From the IMG/VR virus record IMGVR_UViG_3300006754_000008: a stretch of 64,000 bases of DNA; one strand, given 5' to 3'. Both the position numbers and the translations under genes were made by a program. Under the pieces are notes generated by a model. That model was not told where the DNA came from. It saw only the letters and a program-made list of their open reading frames with translations, and made no database searches. The stretch is from an uncultured virus (IMG/VR IMGVR_UViG_3300006754_000008) (taxonomy: Duplodnaviria; Heunggongvirae; Uroviricota; Caudoviricetes). Below, piece after piece: positions 31,314 through 41,834 of the stretch. The first letter of the stretch is position 1. The number at the start of each line of letters is the position of its first letter.

Positions 31314-32602
31314 TTTATTTACAAGGATAGCATGATAGATTATATATTAGTAATGATTCTGAGTTCTTTATCTAAAATATATCCAATTGAAATGAGAATA
31401 AAATCACTCAAACTTATTTTGAAAATGGCAAAAGAAAAGAAAGATATATTTCTTTATGAAGCTATGTATGATTTTAGAAGTATTTCTAGTATCCGAAAAG
31501 AATTACAAAGATATTTATATGTTTTGGAGAATCCAAAATGTTATGTAACTCAGATTGATAATAACATAGATGAAGAAGCATATAAAAAAATGTTTGGAGA
31601 ATAAAATGAAAGCTCTTGCCATACAATGTCATAATGATATTCAGAAAAAAGCAACAATAAGTCTTTTTAAAAAACTTGGATACTGTCTTCGAAATCAAAA
31701 TCAGTTTGATAATCAAAAATATTTTAGCGGAATAAGAGCTATTACTTTAAGAAATGATATCTCCTTAGGTGGAAAATATGAAATTATGAGATCTGGTGGC
31801 CGATTTGATGATGACATGTTAGATTGTACTAGTTTTCCACACTTTGCTTTTAAAATTAATAGTATACTTCAAGCAAATGCCGCTATTGCTTTTTTTAAAA
31901 CTCTTGGGTATAGGGTTCATCCTCGTTCAATATTAAGAGAGACAAATCATATCGGCAATTTTATTATCATAGATAACTTTAAAATTATTACTGTAGATTG
32001 TTTAACTCATTATACGAAGAATTTTATTATTATAGATCTTAATAATGTTAAAGATTTTACAAGGGAGAAAGAGATGCCCAAACATGCGCTTTCGAATATG
32101 GCTTTTTATTGCGCTAATAAAGAAGAATTCAGAAGACTTCTTATTTGGATAAGTAAGACGCATCCTGATTCTATTTTAGATGATTCTGTTATTAGAGAAG
32201 CTGATGGTGCTAAACATATTGGGACTCACTCTTATTTAGCATTGAATATGTCCAACAAGGTTGCACTATTTATGAGAATTGGAGTTAAGGATAAAATGAT
32301 TATTCCAGTTTCTAGAATTGAGAATCTTCCCGATCTGAAAGTAAAAGTTGGAGAATATGAAGTTGATCAATGGGCTGGAGGAATTAAAGTTGGTTGCTAT
32401 GAAATTACTTTAGATAAGATTCAAGAAGTGCTCAGTGTAATTGGAATGGAAGCTCGTACTAAAGAAGAATATATTACTAGATAACATGCTGAAGAAATGA
32501 TTGAGTGGTATCTTCGTCAGAAGGGTGTACTTAAATCTGCACCTCGTTTTCGCTGGAATAAACCAAAATTTATTATTAACCCCTTTTCTTTTAGGTAATA
32601 AG

Positions 32603-33139
32603 ATGAAAGTTATTTCGTTTTGCGATAAGGATCATCGTGGAATAGGTGGTATTTATAGACAGAAACCTTTTAGGCGTATTAAATTATATAAAACTATAGC
32701 AAATTGGCTAGTTAGAAAAAATATAAAAACAATTGCTGGTCCTGTTGCTAGTGGTGTAATTATGGCAGAAGGGGTTGCAACAATTTTAACATCTCGCAAT
32801 CGTCCTATAGATATTATGGCGATTCCAAAAAGACATTATGCCCGTCATGGTTATGCTAATGGAGTTAAGGGGTCTGCTAGAGGCAAGTTACCAATATTGA
32901 TTGTAGATGATGTTTTTTGTTCTGGATCTACAATTGAACATGCTTTGCGAAAATATTTAGATTATGAAACAGAAGGTGATCTCCCTGAGCACTTAAAGTT
33001 AATTGAAAAGGGAAATATTTTCGTTATGTTTTCATCATATCAGCCAGGTTATTTTTATGGTTTAGAAAGAAAGCCTAGATTGCGAAAATTATTTGAGCTA
33101 AACAAAGTATTTAAGGTGGTACATAAAGATGGGATATAG
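32603..33139 (+). CDS. phosphoribosyltransferase-like protein
   Basis: PRPP-binding loop ILIVDDVFCSGSTI. Confidence 0.75.
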   Translation: MKVISFCDKDHRGIGGIYRQKPFRRIKLYKTIANWLVRKNIKTIAGPVASGVIMAEGVATILTSRNRPIDIMAIPKRHYARHGYANGVKGSARGKLPILIVDDVFCSGSTIEHALRKYLDYETEGDLPEHLKLIEKGNIFVMFSSYQPGYFYGLERKPRLRKLFELNKVFKVVHKDGI

Positions 33140-33207
33140 ACACATTGCAAATCTTTCTATTAATAAATATGCTTATAATATATACCATATGAGGAGAAAT
33201 ATATATT

Positions 33208-33867
33208 ATGAGTACAAAAACTTGTCCCAAATGTAAAGAAGAAAAAAATATAGAAGAAGGATTTCATTTCCAAAATAAGAAAAAAAATATACGAATGAGT
33301 TGGTGTAAAAATTGTAGTTATAAATTAAAATTAAATAAGTATAAGAAAAAAGAAGAGAGCGGCTTGCTTTCTCGTATATCTACAATTACAGCCAGAGAAT
33401 TAAAAGAACATAATTTAAAAAGATGTCCGACATGTAAATTAGTAAAATCATTAGAAAAATTTTGTACAAGTAAAAATTCTAACGGTGGATACTCTTCACA
33501 TTGTAAAGAGTGTAGTAAACATTTAACAAAAAAAATTACTCCACAACAACGAAAAAAATATTATTCTCGATCAAAAGAAAAAGTTAGAAATTATAATTTA
33601 ATAAAAAAATATGGAATTACATTAGAAGAATATAATATTATGCTTAAAAAGCAAAATAATGTTTGTGCAATTTGTGGATGTAAGGATAAGAAAAAATCTC
33701 TTGCAGTAGATCATGATCATAAAACAAAAAAGATAAGAGGATTACTTTGTAGTAGATGTAATCCTGCTCTTGGATTTATACAAGAATCTCCAAAATTAAT
33801 TAAAGAACTATTAAAATATTTAAATTTTTATAAAAATGGAGGTGTCCCATCGGATACAGACATATAA
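33208..33867 (+). CDS. endonuclease VII-type homing endonuclease
   Basis: KYGITLEEY..Q...CAIC...LAVDHDH...IRGLLCSRCN. Confidence 0.9.
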   Translation: MSTKTCPKCKEEKNIEEGFHFQNKKKNIRMSWCKNCSYKLKLNKYKKKEESGLLSRISTITARELKEHNLKRCPTCKLVKSLEKFCTSKNSNGGYSSHCKECSKHLTKKITPQQRKKYYSRSKEKVRNYNLIKKYGITLEEYNIMLKKQNNVCAICGCKDKKKSLAVDHDHKTKKIRGLLCSRCNPALGFIQESPKLIKELLKYLNFYKNGGVPSDTDI

Positions 33868-34709
33868 GTAATCTGTATAAGCTACAAACTGTTCTTCTTT
33901 TTAAAGAGCTATATGCTTTAGAAAAGATTCATGGTACGTCAATTAATATAAAGTGGAGAGATGGCAAACTTACTTTTTCGTCTGGTGGGATTTCTCGCAA
34001 TGCTTTTATGGAAGTCTTTGATCAAGAAGCATTGGAAAAAGCTTTTATATATCTCGGTCACGAGAATGTTGAAGTCTACGGAGAAGGATACGGTGGTAAG
34101 ACTCAAAGAATGAGTGAGACTTATGGCCCAGATATTAAGTTTATTGTTTTTGAAGTTAGGATTCATGATAATGTTCTTAATGTTCCTAATGCTCATGATG
34201 TGACAACAAAACTTGGTTTAGAATTTGTACATTATAAAAAAATTCCTTCTACTTTAGAGGCAATTGATGCTCAAAGAGATGCTAATTCTATTCAGGCAAT
34301 AAGAAATGGGATGGGTGGAGGAAAACAAAGAGAGGGCATTGTTCTTAGACCTTTGTTTGAATTTATTGGTAATGATGGAGAGCAGGTAATGGCCAAGCAC
34401 AAGATTGATAAATTTGGTGAGACTAAAACTCCAAGGAAGGTTGAAGATCCTGCCAAACTGAAAGTTCTGGAAGAAGCAAAAGAAATTGGTCTTGAATGGG
34501 TAACAGACCACAGGTTGGATCATGTACTCGATCATCTTGGTGGAGATGTTGGTATTGAGAAAACAGGTCAAGTTATTAAGGCAATGGTTGAGGATGTTAT
34601 TCGTGAAGCAGAAGGTGAGATTGTAGATAGTAGAGAAGCCCGTAAGGCCATTGGTGATCGGGCAAGAAAACTTTTTCATGATAGAATTAAGAATACATTT
34701 AGGAAATAA
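33849..34709 (+). CDS. RNA ligase (Rnl2-like), probable ATC start
   Basis: in-frame upstream extension of the 34008 ORF contains motif I EKIHGT; also YGE, FE, EGIVLRP, AKHK; GGAGGT RBS 5 nt before ATC. Confidence 0.8.
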   Translation: MGYRHISNLYKLQTVLLFKELYALEKIHGTSINIKWRDGKLTFSSGGISRNAFMEVFDQEALEKAFIYLGHENVEVYGEGYGGKTQRMSETYGPDIKFIVFEVRIHDNVLNVPNAHDVTTKLGLEFVHYKKIPSTLEAIDAQRDANSIQAIRNGMGGGKQREGIVLRPLFEFIGNDGEQVMAKHKIDKFGETKTPRKVEDPAKLKVLEEAKEIGLEWVTDHRLDHVLDHLGGDVGIEKTGQVIKAMVEDVIREAEGEIVDSREARKAIGDRARKLFHDRIKNTFRK

Positions 34710-35637
34710 CAAATGAAAACAATCGGAGCAGCCGTACTTAATGAATATAATGAAATTCTTCCTTATACAGTACGTTCAACAAAACAACAGTGTGAAGAAT
34801 ATGCTGAAATGATTTTTCCTACTTGGGACAAAATGAAAGAATTGGGGTGTAAGGTTATTCAAGTAGAGATTATTAATATAGAGGAGTAAAGAAAATGTTT
34901 AAAATGTTTAAGTCAAAAAGGCAGTTGACAGACTTTAAGATTAGACTCTTGGAGGAGGATGGTTCTACTTCTGACGTTGATTCAATGGCAGAAGCAAAAC
35001 AGGCTACCAAAAAAAGAAATATATATGGTATGTATATTCCTCTTCCAAGTGGAGAAATTGTTAGTATATCAATGAATAATTATGGTCAATATCAATTGAA
35101 GGATTGAATTATGAGATATATCTCAGTTGTTCAAATAACAAATATTTTTGGCGGAAGAAGGAATGTAGAAAAAGGAAAATATCGTTGGCGTTGGATGGCT
35201 GAGTTAATGGCAAAACTTGGAGCAATGTATTATGATTATTTTATAATACCAAAGAATACATATGTTGATGCTCCAGAATATGGCTCTGCTATTGGCATTA
35301 ATTATGGCACAGTAGAAGTTGATAAATAATGTATAGAGGAAATCTGGAAGCTGCGATTGATAGAATAACTGCCTTAGAAAAAGAAAATGCTCAGTTGCGA
35401 AAGAATACAAAGCCGCCAAATGTTATTGATAATTATTTCATAGAAGAGATTAAAAGACTTAAAAAAATAATTAAAACAAATACAACGGTTTGCTCTTATT
35501 GCCATAGTAAAATTAATTATGTGGTAAGCCAGTTAAATTAATTAAACAAATTGATGGTACGGTAGAAACAAAGTTTGAATAAAGATTGACAAATAATAAA
35601 AAAGAAATAATATATAAGTAACTCTTAAGAGTTATAA

Positions 35638-35710
35638 TCGGGTGTAGATCAACTGGTAGATCGTCTGGTTTTGGTCCAGAAGGTTGAGGGTTCAATTCCT
35701 TCCACCCGAA
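35638..35710 (+). tRNA. tRNA-Gln(TTG)
   Basis: TCTGG-TTTTGGT-CCAGA arm, TCGGGTG/CACCCGA acceptor. Confidence 0.88.
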
Positions 35711-35789
35711 TAAATCATAGTTTTAATTAGTTATATAATTTCTATCAATATTACTTCATTAGTACAGAACACTACTAATGGAGGTTCGA

Positions 35790-36497
35790 ATGAGAAATTA
35801 TACAGACGAAGATATTAAAGAAGCAGTAAAAGAAAGTACTAATTTAGCAGTGGCATTAGAAAAAATAGGATTGCGGGCTGCTGGTGGAAATTACAGAACT
35901 TTACATTCTCATATTAAAAGACTTAATTTAAATATTGATCATTTTATTATTAAAAGAGGACATAAAAAACATATACCACTTAATGAAATATTAGTTAAAA
36001 ATTCTACTTATAAAAATAGAGCTTGTTTAAAAAAAAGACTAATAGAAGAAAAACTATTAATATACAAATGTAATAATTGTGAAATTAAAAATTGGGATAA
36101 TAAACCATTAACTTTACAAATGGATCATATTAATGGAATTTATAATGATAATAGGATAAAAAATATTCAATTGCTTTGTCCAAACTGTCATTCACAAACA
36201 GAAACTTTTGCAGGAAGAAATCAGAGTCATAAGGGCGGGATAGCAAAATATTATAAAGATCCAAAATATACTGGATTTTGTAAGGATTGTAAACAAAAAT
36301 TGAGTTCTCGTTCTATAAGATGTATGAATTGTTCTAATAAAAAACAGCAAAAAATCAAATGGCCCTCAGTAAACAAATTAATTGAGATGCTTTCTGAATC
36401 AAATTTTTATGCTCTTGGTAAAAAATTGGGTGTTAGTGATAATGCTATAAGGAAGTATCTTGAAAGAAGGGGCATTAATCCTAAAACTTTAAAATAA
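35790..36497 (+). CDS. HNH endonuclease, paralog of 23526..24203
   Basis: QMDHING..DNRIKNIQLLCPNCHSQT; LGVSDNAIRK. Confidence 0.9.
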   Translation: MRNYTDEDIKEAVKESTNLAVALEKIGLRAAGGNYRTLHSHIKRLNLNIDHFIIKRGHKKHIPLNEILVKNSTYKNRACLKKRLIEEKLLIYKCNNCEIKNWDNKPLTLQMDHINGIYNDNRIKNIQLLCPNCHSQTETFAGRNQSHKGGIAKYYKDPKYTGFCKDCKQKLSSRSIRCMNCSNKKQQKIKWPSVNKLIEMLSESNFYALGKKLGVSDNAIRKYLERRGINPKTLK

Positions 36498-36501
36498 TTA
36501 G

Positions 36502-36546
36502 TCGGAGTTCATCTAATTGGCAAGGATGAGTCGCTTTGACCGAATC
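36502..36546 (+). pseudogene. truncated tRNA-Gln(TTG), 5' half
   Basis: D-arm ATCTAATTGGCAAGGAT and CTTTGAC loop; no T-arm or 3' acceptor strand. Confidence 0.6.
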
Positions 36547-36588
36547 AAATATCAAATCATTATTAAACTTTATCCATGGAGAAAATAA

Positions 36589-36879
36589 ATGGCATTGTTA
36601 ATTAAGGTAGACGGAACACAAGAAGAAGTTAATGGTAAGAACGATGATGGTTCTTTTATTTTGGATCAACTTAAGGGCGCAATTGGTGGAGGCTATATTG
36701 AAGTTGTAGCATGTGATCCGAAAGTAACAGGTGGATATTCTTGTTTTGTTTGTGATGAAGAGGGTAAATTGAAGCAATTTCCAGCTAATGAAAGGGCCAC
36801 TGAACTTTCTACATACACTTCTGCTTTCGATGTAGTTTGTGGAGATGTTCTTTTTTGTAAAGAAGAGGAAATTGTTTAG
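36589..36879 (+). CDS. DUF3846-like protein
   Basis: IGGGYIEVV...CDEEGKLK...N.RAT...VCGDVL. Confidence 0.7.
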   Translation: MALLIKVDGTQEEVNGKNDDGSFILDQLKGAIGGGYIEVVACDPKVTGGYSCFVCDEEGKLKQFPANERATELSTYTSAFDVVCGDVLFCKEEEIV

Positions 36880-36910
36880 GAAAATTTGAGAATAGAATAG
36901 GATAGAAACA

Positions 36911-37309
36911 ATGTTACAAAAGCTTCTTACGGGCAAAATTGTAGTACAGGTTAAAGTCCAGGATGAAATAGAACAACTTACTAAAGAATTTATTAAACAT
37001 GGATTTGACTGGTATGATGGAATCTTATTTCAAATGGATGAGCTAGATATAGCAGAATACTTGGCAAAATCAGGAATTTGTATAGGTATTTATTCTTATA
37101 AGGGGCGGGTTTACAAATCTCTTGTTTTTTCTGATATAGATTATGCTGTAAGTTTACAAGAAGAAGTTATATCCTTTAATAAAGCAATGGAAATATTTCA
37201 AAATTCTTCTCAAGATAATTACTGTACTTGTGGTGGACCAGAGAAAGAGCATATTGGATTTAATAGTAGAACAATGATTTGTTCTCTGTGTGGCAAGGAT
37301 AAAAAATGA
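36911..37309 (+). CDS. protein with shared C-terminal CxCGGPEKE Zn-ribbon module
   Basis: YCTCGGPEKEHIGFNSRTMICSLCGKDKK. Confidence 0.75.
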   Translation: MLQKLLTGKIVVQVKVQDEIEQLTKEFIKHGFDWYDGILFQMDELDIAEYLAKSGICIGIYSYKGRVYKSLVFSDIDYAVSLQEEVISFNKAMEIFQNSSQDNYCTCGGPEKEHIGFNSRTMICSLCGKDKK

Positions 37310-37686
37310 TTCCAGAATATGGGAGAATTGTTAAACTTAATGGAGAATTTGTAGAACTTTATAACAAGTTACATCCGAGAACTATATGGACACAGAAACT
37401 TAGGGGAAGGGAGCTTCATATTACTAGCGTTTTTAGATCTTCTGCCAATTTTTCTCTAGTGTCTTTTCGTCCAAAAGGCGACAGAGATGATATTTTTAGT
37501 ATATATACTTTACATGATGGAAGATGTAAGGAGACCAAACTTGAAGTTTTTGATTTAGTAGAAGGTATAAGGCAAGAAAGCCATTCAAATAGTAATTATT
37601 GTACTTGTGGTGGACCAGAGAAAGAATATGTTGGGTTTAATAGTAGAACAATAATCTGTGCTAATTGTGGCAAGGATAAAAAATAA
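37306..37686 (+). CDS. protein with shared C-terminal CxCGGPEKE Zn-ribbon module
   Basis: YCTCGGPEKEYVGFNSRTIICANCGKDKK. Confidence 0.75.
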   Translation: MIPEYGRIVKLNGEFVELYNKLHPRTIWTQKLRGRELHITSVFRSSANFSLVSFRPKGDRDDIFSIYTLHDGRCKETKLEVFDLVEGIRQESHSNSNYCTCGGPEKEYVGFNSRTIICANCGKDKK

Positions 37687-38060
37687 TGATATTAAGTCGT
37701 ATTCAAATTAAAAATTCTCCTATTCATGGTTTAGGAGCTTTTATTACTTCTGACGAGAAAGAAGGAGTAGTTCTTCCTGATAATCTTCCTGATGAGGCAT
37801 ATCATCTTAGACATTATAGTCAGGCGAAAGATAATATGTCAGCTATGCGTTTGGATTATCAATTATTTTTGGTACATGATTTTGGACATGGTGCTTCATG
37901 GCAAGATTATTTAAATCATTCTAATAATGCAAATGCTTTTTATAATATCGACGGAGAATTAGAATTATCATGTCCAGTTTCTAAGGGAGAAGAGTTGACA
38001 CTTAATTATTATGATAGTGGCTTTGATATTAATTATAAACCATATCCGCCTGGAAAATGA
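37686..38060 (+). CDS. SET domain protein
   Basis: SPIHGLGAF, YLNHSNNAN, GEELTLNY. Confidence 0.85.
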   Translation: MILSRIQIKNSPIHGLGAFITSDEKEGVVLPDNLPDEAYHLRHYSQAKDNMSAMRLDYQLFLVHDFGHGASWQDYLNHSNNANAFYNIDGELELSCPVSKGEELTLNYYDSGFDINYKPYPPGK

Positions 38061-38355
38061 AATAGGAGATTGATAATGATGGAGTCTAATACAATGACTT
38101 TTGAATTAGAAAAAATAAATTCATCTAATATAGAAATAGAATCAGTTACAATAAATTCATCTAATATTGGATGGATTATTAATACTGGTTTTCACTATGT
38201 AGGATATTATATTTATCCAGCAAATCATAGAACAACTCCTGGTATTGGACTATCTTTTGCTTTTCGCAATAAGTCTGCTGCTGAAAATTGGTTTAAAATA
38301 TTATATGGAGAAGATAAAGGCTATTGGGAATCTATAGATAAATAATTTTTATAAC

Positions 38356-38429
38356 GGTGAATGAAGCCGATTTGGAATGGCGCTGCGCTGTGAACGCAGT
38401 AAGAGCAGGTTCGAATCCTGTCATTCATC
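38356..38429 (+). tRNA. tRNA-His(GTG)
   Basis: CTGCG-CTGTGAA-CGCAG arm; encoded G-1 opposite C73. Confidence 0.9.
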
Positions 38430-39539
38430 CTAATTTTTGAGAAAGGTAATTTCATGAATCCTGTATGTGTAAAGTGTAATAAGGAAATGGTTTGTTCTAA
38501 AACTGGATATGTTGTTGGTCTTAAATCAACTGGATTATTATTTCATGGAGATAAATATAAATGTTCTAGTTGTGGTTCAGAATTTGTTAAGGGATTTGGT
38601 GAAGGATATAGAAATGAAAATATTAAACCTGATATTTGGGTAGAGTAATATGTTATTTTTAGGAATTCTTTTTATTGTTGCGGCACTAACTAGTTTTTAT
38701 TTTGCTTCCTTAATGAAATCAGAAAAACTTATACATCCCGAAAGGCATGATGGACATCCTTATAGAGAGAATAATTTAAAAGAGTTTATAAAAAGGAATC
38801 CTAATAAAAAAGTTTTAACTTATGTTGGTATCTTTTTTGTTGTAGTAGGTATGGGGTTGATTTATACTGGGCTTGAAATAAAAGGATCTATTGTTATTAA
38901 TATAAATTCAGAACATAGTGATTTGTTAAAAAAATCTACTAAACAAACAACTATAGAAAGAGATATTTGTTTAGGAAAGTTATCTGTTTGGGAGCAAGCA
39001 TACGGGAAACCTCAGCCATAAAGGAGAAAAAAATGTCACGTTCTACTCAGTTCATTGGTCTTACAAATGAAGCGGCAGAATATGTGAAAAATCTAAAAGA
39101 GCTGCCTTCGGATACCTTCACTCATGGAATGTTCGATGAAAAAATTGAATTAAGGAAGTGGGAAATACCAAAAGAATTTATGTCATCGGAAAGGCCGAAT
39201 GCTTGCATTCGTGAAGTTGTTCAAGCAAGCCCTTGGTCTTCTGGACCAATGATTTTTACTTGCCTAACATTACATTTTGGTAATTGTATACCAGAACATA
39301 ATGGTATGAATATTCTTCAATGGGTAGATGATCCTAGAGTAAAAGGGGAAGTTGATCAAGAAAACGGAAAGTTTTGGGTTTAGTTACTTGGGTAGGGGAT
39401 AGCCCCTACCTTTAGTACGTAGGAGGAACAAAATGGATATTAAATTCTTAATTCAAAAAGTTTCATATCATCATATGGGAATAAATTATCTTTGTCAATT
39501 TATTGATTATATTGATATGTTTAGTTTACTTATATAGAT

Positions 39540-39610
39540 GGCATTATGGCCGAGGGGCTAGGCACAGGTCTGCAAAACCTGGTACGCTAGTTCGAATCTA
39601 GCTAATGCCT
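39540..39610 (+). tRNA. tRNA-Cys(GCA)
   Basis: CAGGT-CTGCAAA-ACCTG arm. Confidence 0.92.
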
Positions 39611-39613
39611 TCT

Positions 39614-39699
39614 AGAAGGATGGCCGAGTTGGTTTAAGGTGCCCGTCTGCTAAATGGGTGTGGGTTTACTCACCGAGGGTTCGAATCCCTCTCCTTCTG
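39614..39699 (+). tRNA. tRNA-Ser(GCT)
   Basis: CCCGT-CTGCTAA-ATGGG arm, long variable arm, G73. Confidence 0.92.
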
Positions 39700-39742
39700 A
39701 CAACAATTTTTATAAATTATTCTTATATTTTTAAGGATTATT

Positions 39743-40051
39743 ATGAGCAGGATGAAAATATTACTTATTATTTTAATAAGTATTTTAGTTTTAAATGTAT
39801 TGGATGCAATATTTACAACATATTGGGTTGGTGTAAAGAACGTAGAAGAAGCTAATCCTTTGATGCAGGAGCTTGTTAGATATCCTATAATTTTTGTAAC
39901 CACAAAAATTTCACTTGTTTCTTTATGTTTGTATTTATTATGGTTACAGAGTAAAAAGAAATTTGTAGTAGTTATGTCTGGCAGCATATTAATTTTCGTT
40001 GTTTTAATTGGAGTATTTTGTTATCATGTCTGGGGTTTTTTAAATATTTAA
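39743..40051 (+). CDS. small multi-TM protein (DUF5658-like)
   Basis: LNVLDAIFT...EANPLM; three hydrophobic segments. Confidence 0.65.
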   Translation: MSRMKILLIILISILVLNVLDAIFTTYWVGVKNVEEANPLMQELVRYPIIFVTTKISLVSLCLYLLWLQSKKKFVVVMSGSILIFVVLIGVFCYHVWGFLNI

Positions 40052-40062
40052 AGGAAGATAAA

Positions 40063-40683
40063 ATGATTCATCTCGCAACAAAAATTCCGCATAAAGTTTA
40101 TGTTGGTCTTTCCGGTGGCTCAGATAGTATGGCGGCACTTGATTTTGTTTTTAATAGGGGAAAAAGGGAAGTAATAGCATTAAATTTTAATCATGGAACT
40201 AAGTTTGGAAAAGAATCAGAAATCTTCTTAAAACTCTATTGTGAAAAAAGAAATATCCCATTAATTACTGGGAAAATTACTAGAAAGAGGATGGCAAAAG
40301 AGAGTCCTGAAGAATATTGGAGAAATGAAAGATATCATTTCTTTTCAAAGTTTTCTGATGCTCCGATTGTTTTAGCTCATACTTTAGATGATGCAATTGA
40401 AACTTGGATTTTTACTTCCATCCATGGTAACCCAAAATTAATTCCTATTAAAAGTGGCAATGTTATTCGTCCATTTATCACCACAAGTAAGAAGAAGTTA
40501 GTCAACTGGTGTAAAAAACATAATGTTCCTCATATGGAGGACCAATCAAACTTTAACTTAAAATATCCAAGAGTTAGGATCCGTCTTAATATTGTCCCTT
40601 CAGTATTAAAAATTAATCCTGGGATTGGAAAAGTAATTAGAAAAAAGTATTTAGAATTAGATAGGAGGATGAAAAGAAAATGA
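40063..40683 (+). CDS. tilS: tRNA(Ile)-lysidine synthetase, short form
   Basis: PP-loop SGGSDSMA, NHG, RNERY, LAHTLDDAIET, IRP, EDQSN..RVRIR. Confidence 0.88.
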   Translation: MIHLATKIPHKVYVGLSGGSDSMAALDFVFNRGKREVIALNFNHGTKFGKESEIFLKLYCEKRNIPLITGKITRKRMAKESPEEYWRNERYHFFSKFSDAPIVLAHTLDDAIETWIFTSIHGNPKLIPIKSGNVIRPFITTSKKKLVNWCKKHNVPHMEDQSNFNLKYPRVRIRLNIVPSVLKINPGIGKVIRKKYLELDRRMKRK

Positions 40684-41142
40684 GCGTATATGATCGAGAT
40701 ATTGAAATCATTGAGGATCTTAAAATCCGTTCTTTTTTTAAATATGTTATAAAAAGAATAAGAAGGGAGTTTAATGCGATAGATCAAATGCTTGAAAATG
40801 AAGAGCCTTATACTCCCGAGTTGCTTATTGAGAGATTAGAGAGATATAATAGATGGATTGATGGATTAGATATTTATTTAGATGCGATAGAAGGAAACAT
40901 CCCTGATGCGTTTGGCGATCTAAAAAAAGATTTTGAGGAAAGAAATTCTAATCCGTCAGGAAGTGAGGGGTCTTTTACAAAAAGGATCCCAGTAGACGCT
41001 TAAAAGTAGAAAAAATTAATAGTCTCCCTTTCAAATGAAGAGGGGAATCATCGAGGTCTTCCATTACCTTTATTTTTGAATTTAAATGTAGGTAATTTTA
41101 TATGTAAAAATCTTCCTCGCTATTAGAAAAGATAAATATTAT

Positions 41143-41230
41143 GAGCAAGTGGCCGAGTGATCAAAGGCGGGACTTAGTAGCTACCTCCATACTTTATGTA
41201 TTACGTAGGTTTGAATCCTATCCTTGCTCA
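41143..41230 (+). pseudogene. tRNA-like gene with disrupted anticodon arm
   Basis: GAGCAAG/CTTGCTC acceptor, GGCCGAGTG D-arm and GGTTTGAATCC T-arm, but no paired anticodon stem. Confidence 0.55.
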
Positions 41231-41233
41231 TAT

Positions 41234-41328
41234 GGAAGGTTAACGGCAGTAGACTGTAAATCTACTCTGCATTAACAAATTGTCGTAATGGACTTAGCAG
41301 TAGGTAGGTTCGAATCCTACACCTTCCA
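41234..41328 (+). tRNA. aberrant tRNA-Tyr(GTA): no D-arm, very long variable region
   Basis: GGAAGGT/ACCTTCC acceptor, GTAGA-CTGTAAA-TCTAC arm, GTAGGTTCGAATCCTAC T-arm. Confidence 0.65.
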
Positions 41329-41834
41329 ATGGAGATAAAGAATGAGAACACAAGAAGAGATTAACAAATAGTTTATAGAACTATAGAACTATAGATAAGG
41401 AGATAGATATAATAAATGAATAATACTTCTTTTGATAATATTTTAAATGGCGCAGGTTTAGTACAGAGCATTATTTCTTTAAAATCTAAAGTAGAAGATT
41501 GTGTATTTGAAAATTTAGCAGATATTATTGCTAAGAAAAAGCTACAAAAAATACAAATATATAAATCTGAAGATGAAGATTTATATTTTTATGGTTATGC
41601 TGCTAAACAAATAAGTTTTGGTCAATTCTATTTTGTCTTAGAAGATGAATCTTATGTTAAAGCTACTATGAAAAATGGTAGGTTTATTATTGATGGCCCT
41701 GTTACTGGACAAAATTAAACCCCTGAGTCTCCTTAAATGAGAGGCCAGGGGAAAGGTTCGTTGTATTTCATTTAACTATCGCGATATATAAGCACGCGAC
41801 AAACATATTATAAATTAAGAAGGAGACAAGTGAG

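Noticed and set aside
32485..32580. Possible hammerhead ribozyme (CTGAAGA...)
   Set aside because: I could not build stems I-III with a properly placed GAAA core.
39613..39620. TAGAAGGA at the tRNA-Ser 5' end is complementary to the array motif TCCTTCTA
   Set aside because: An 8-nt match is expected by chance in 64 kb, and the site is buried in the acceptor stem.
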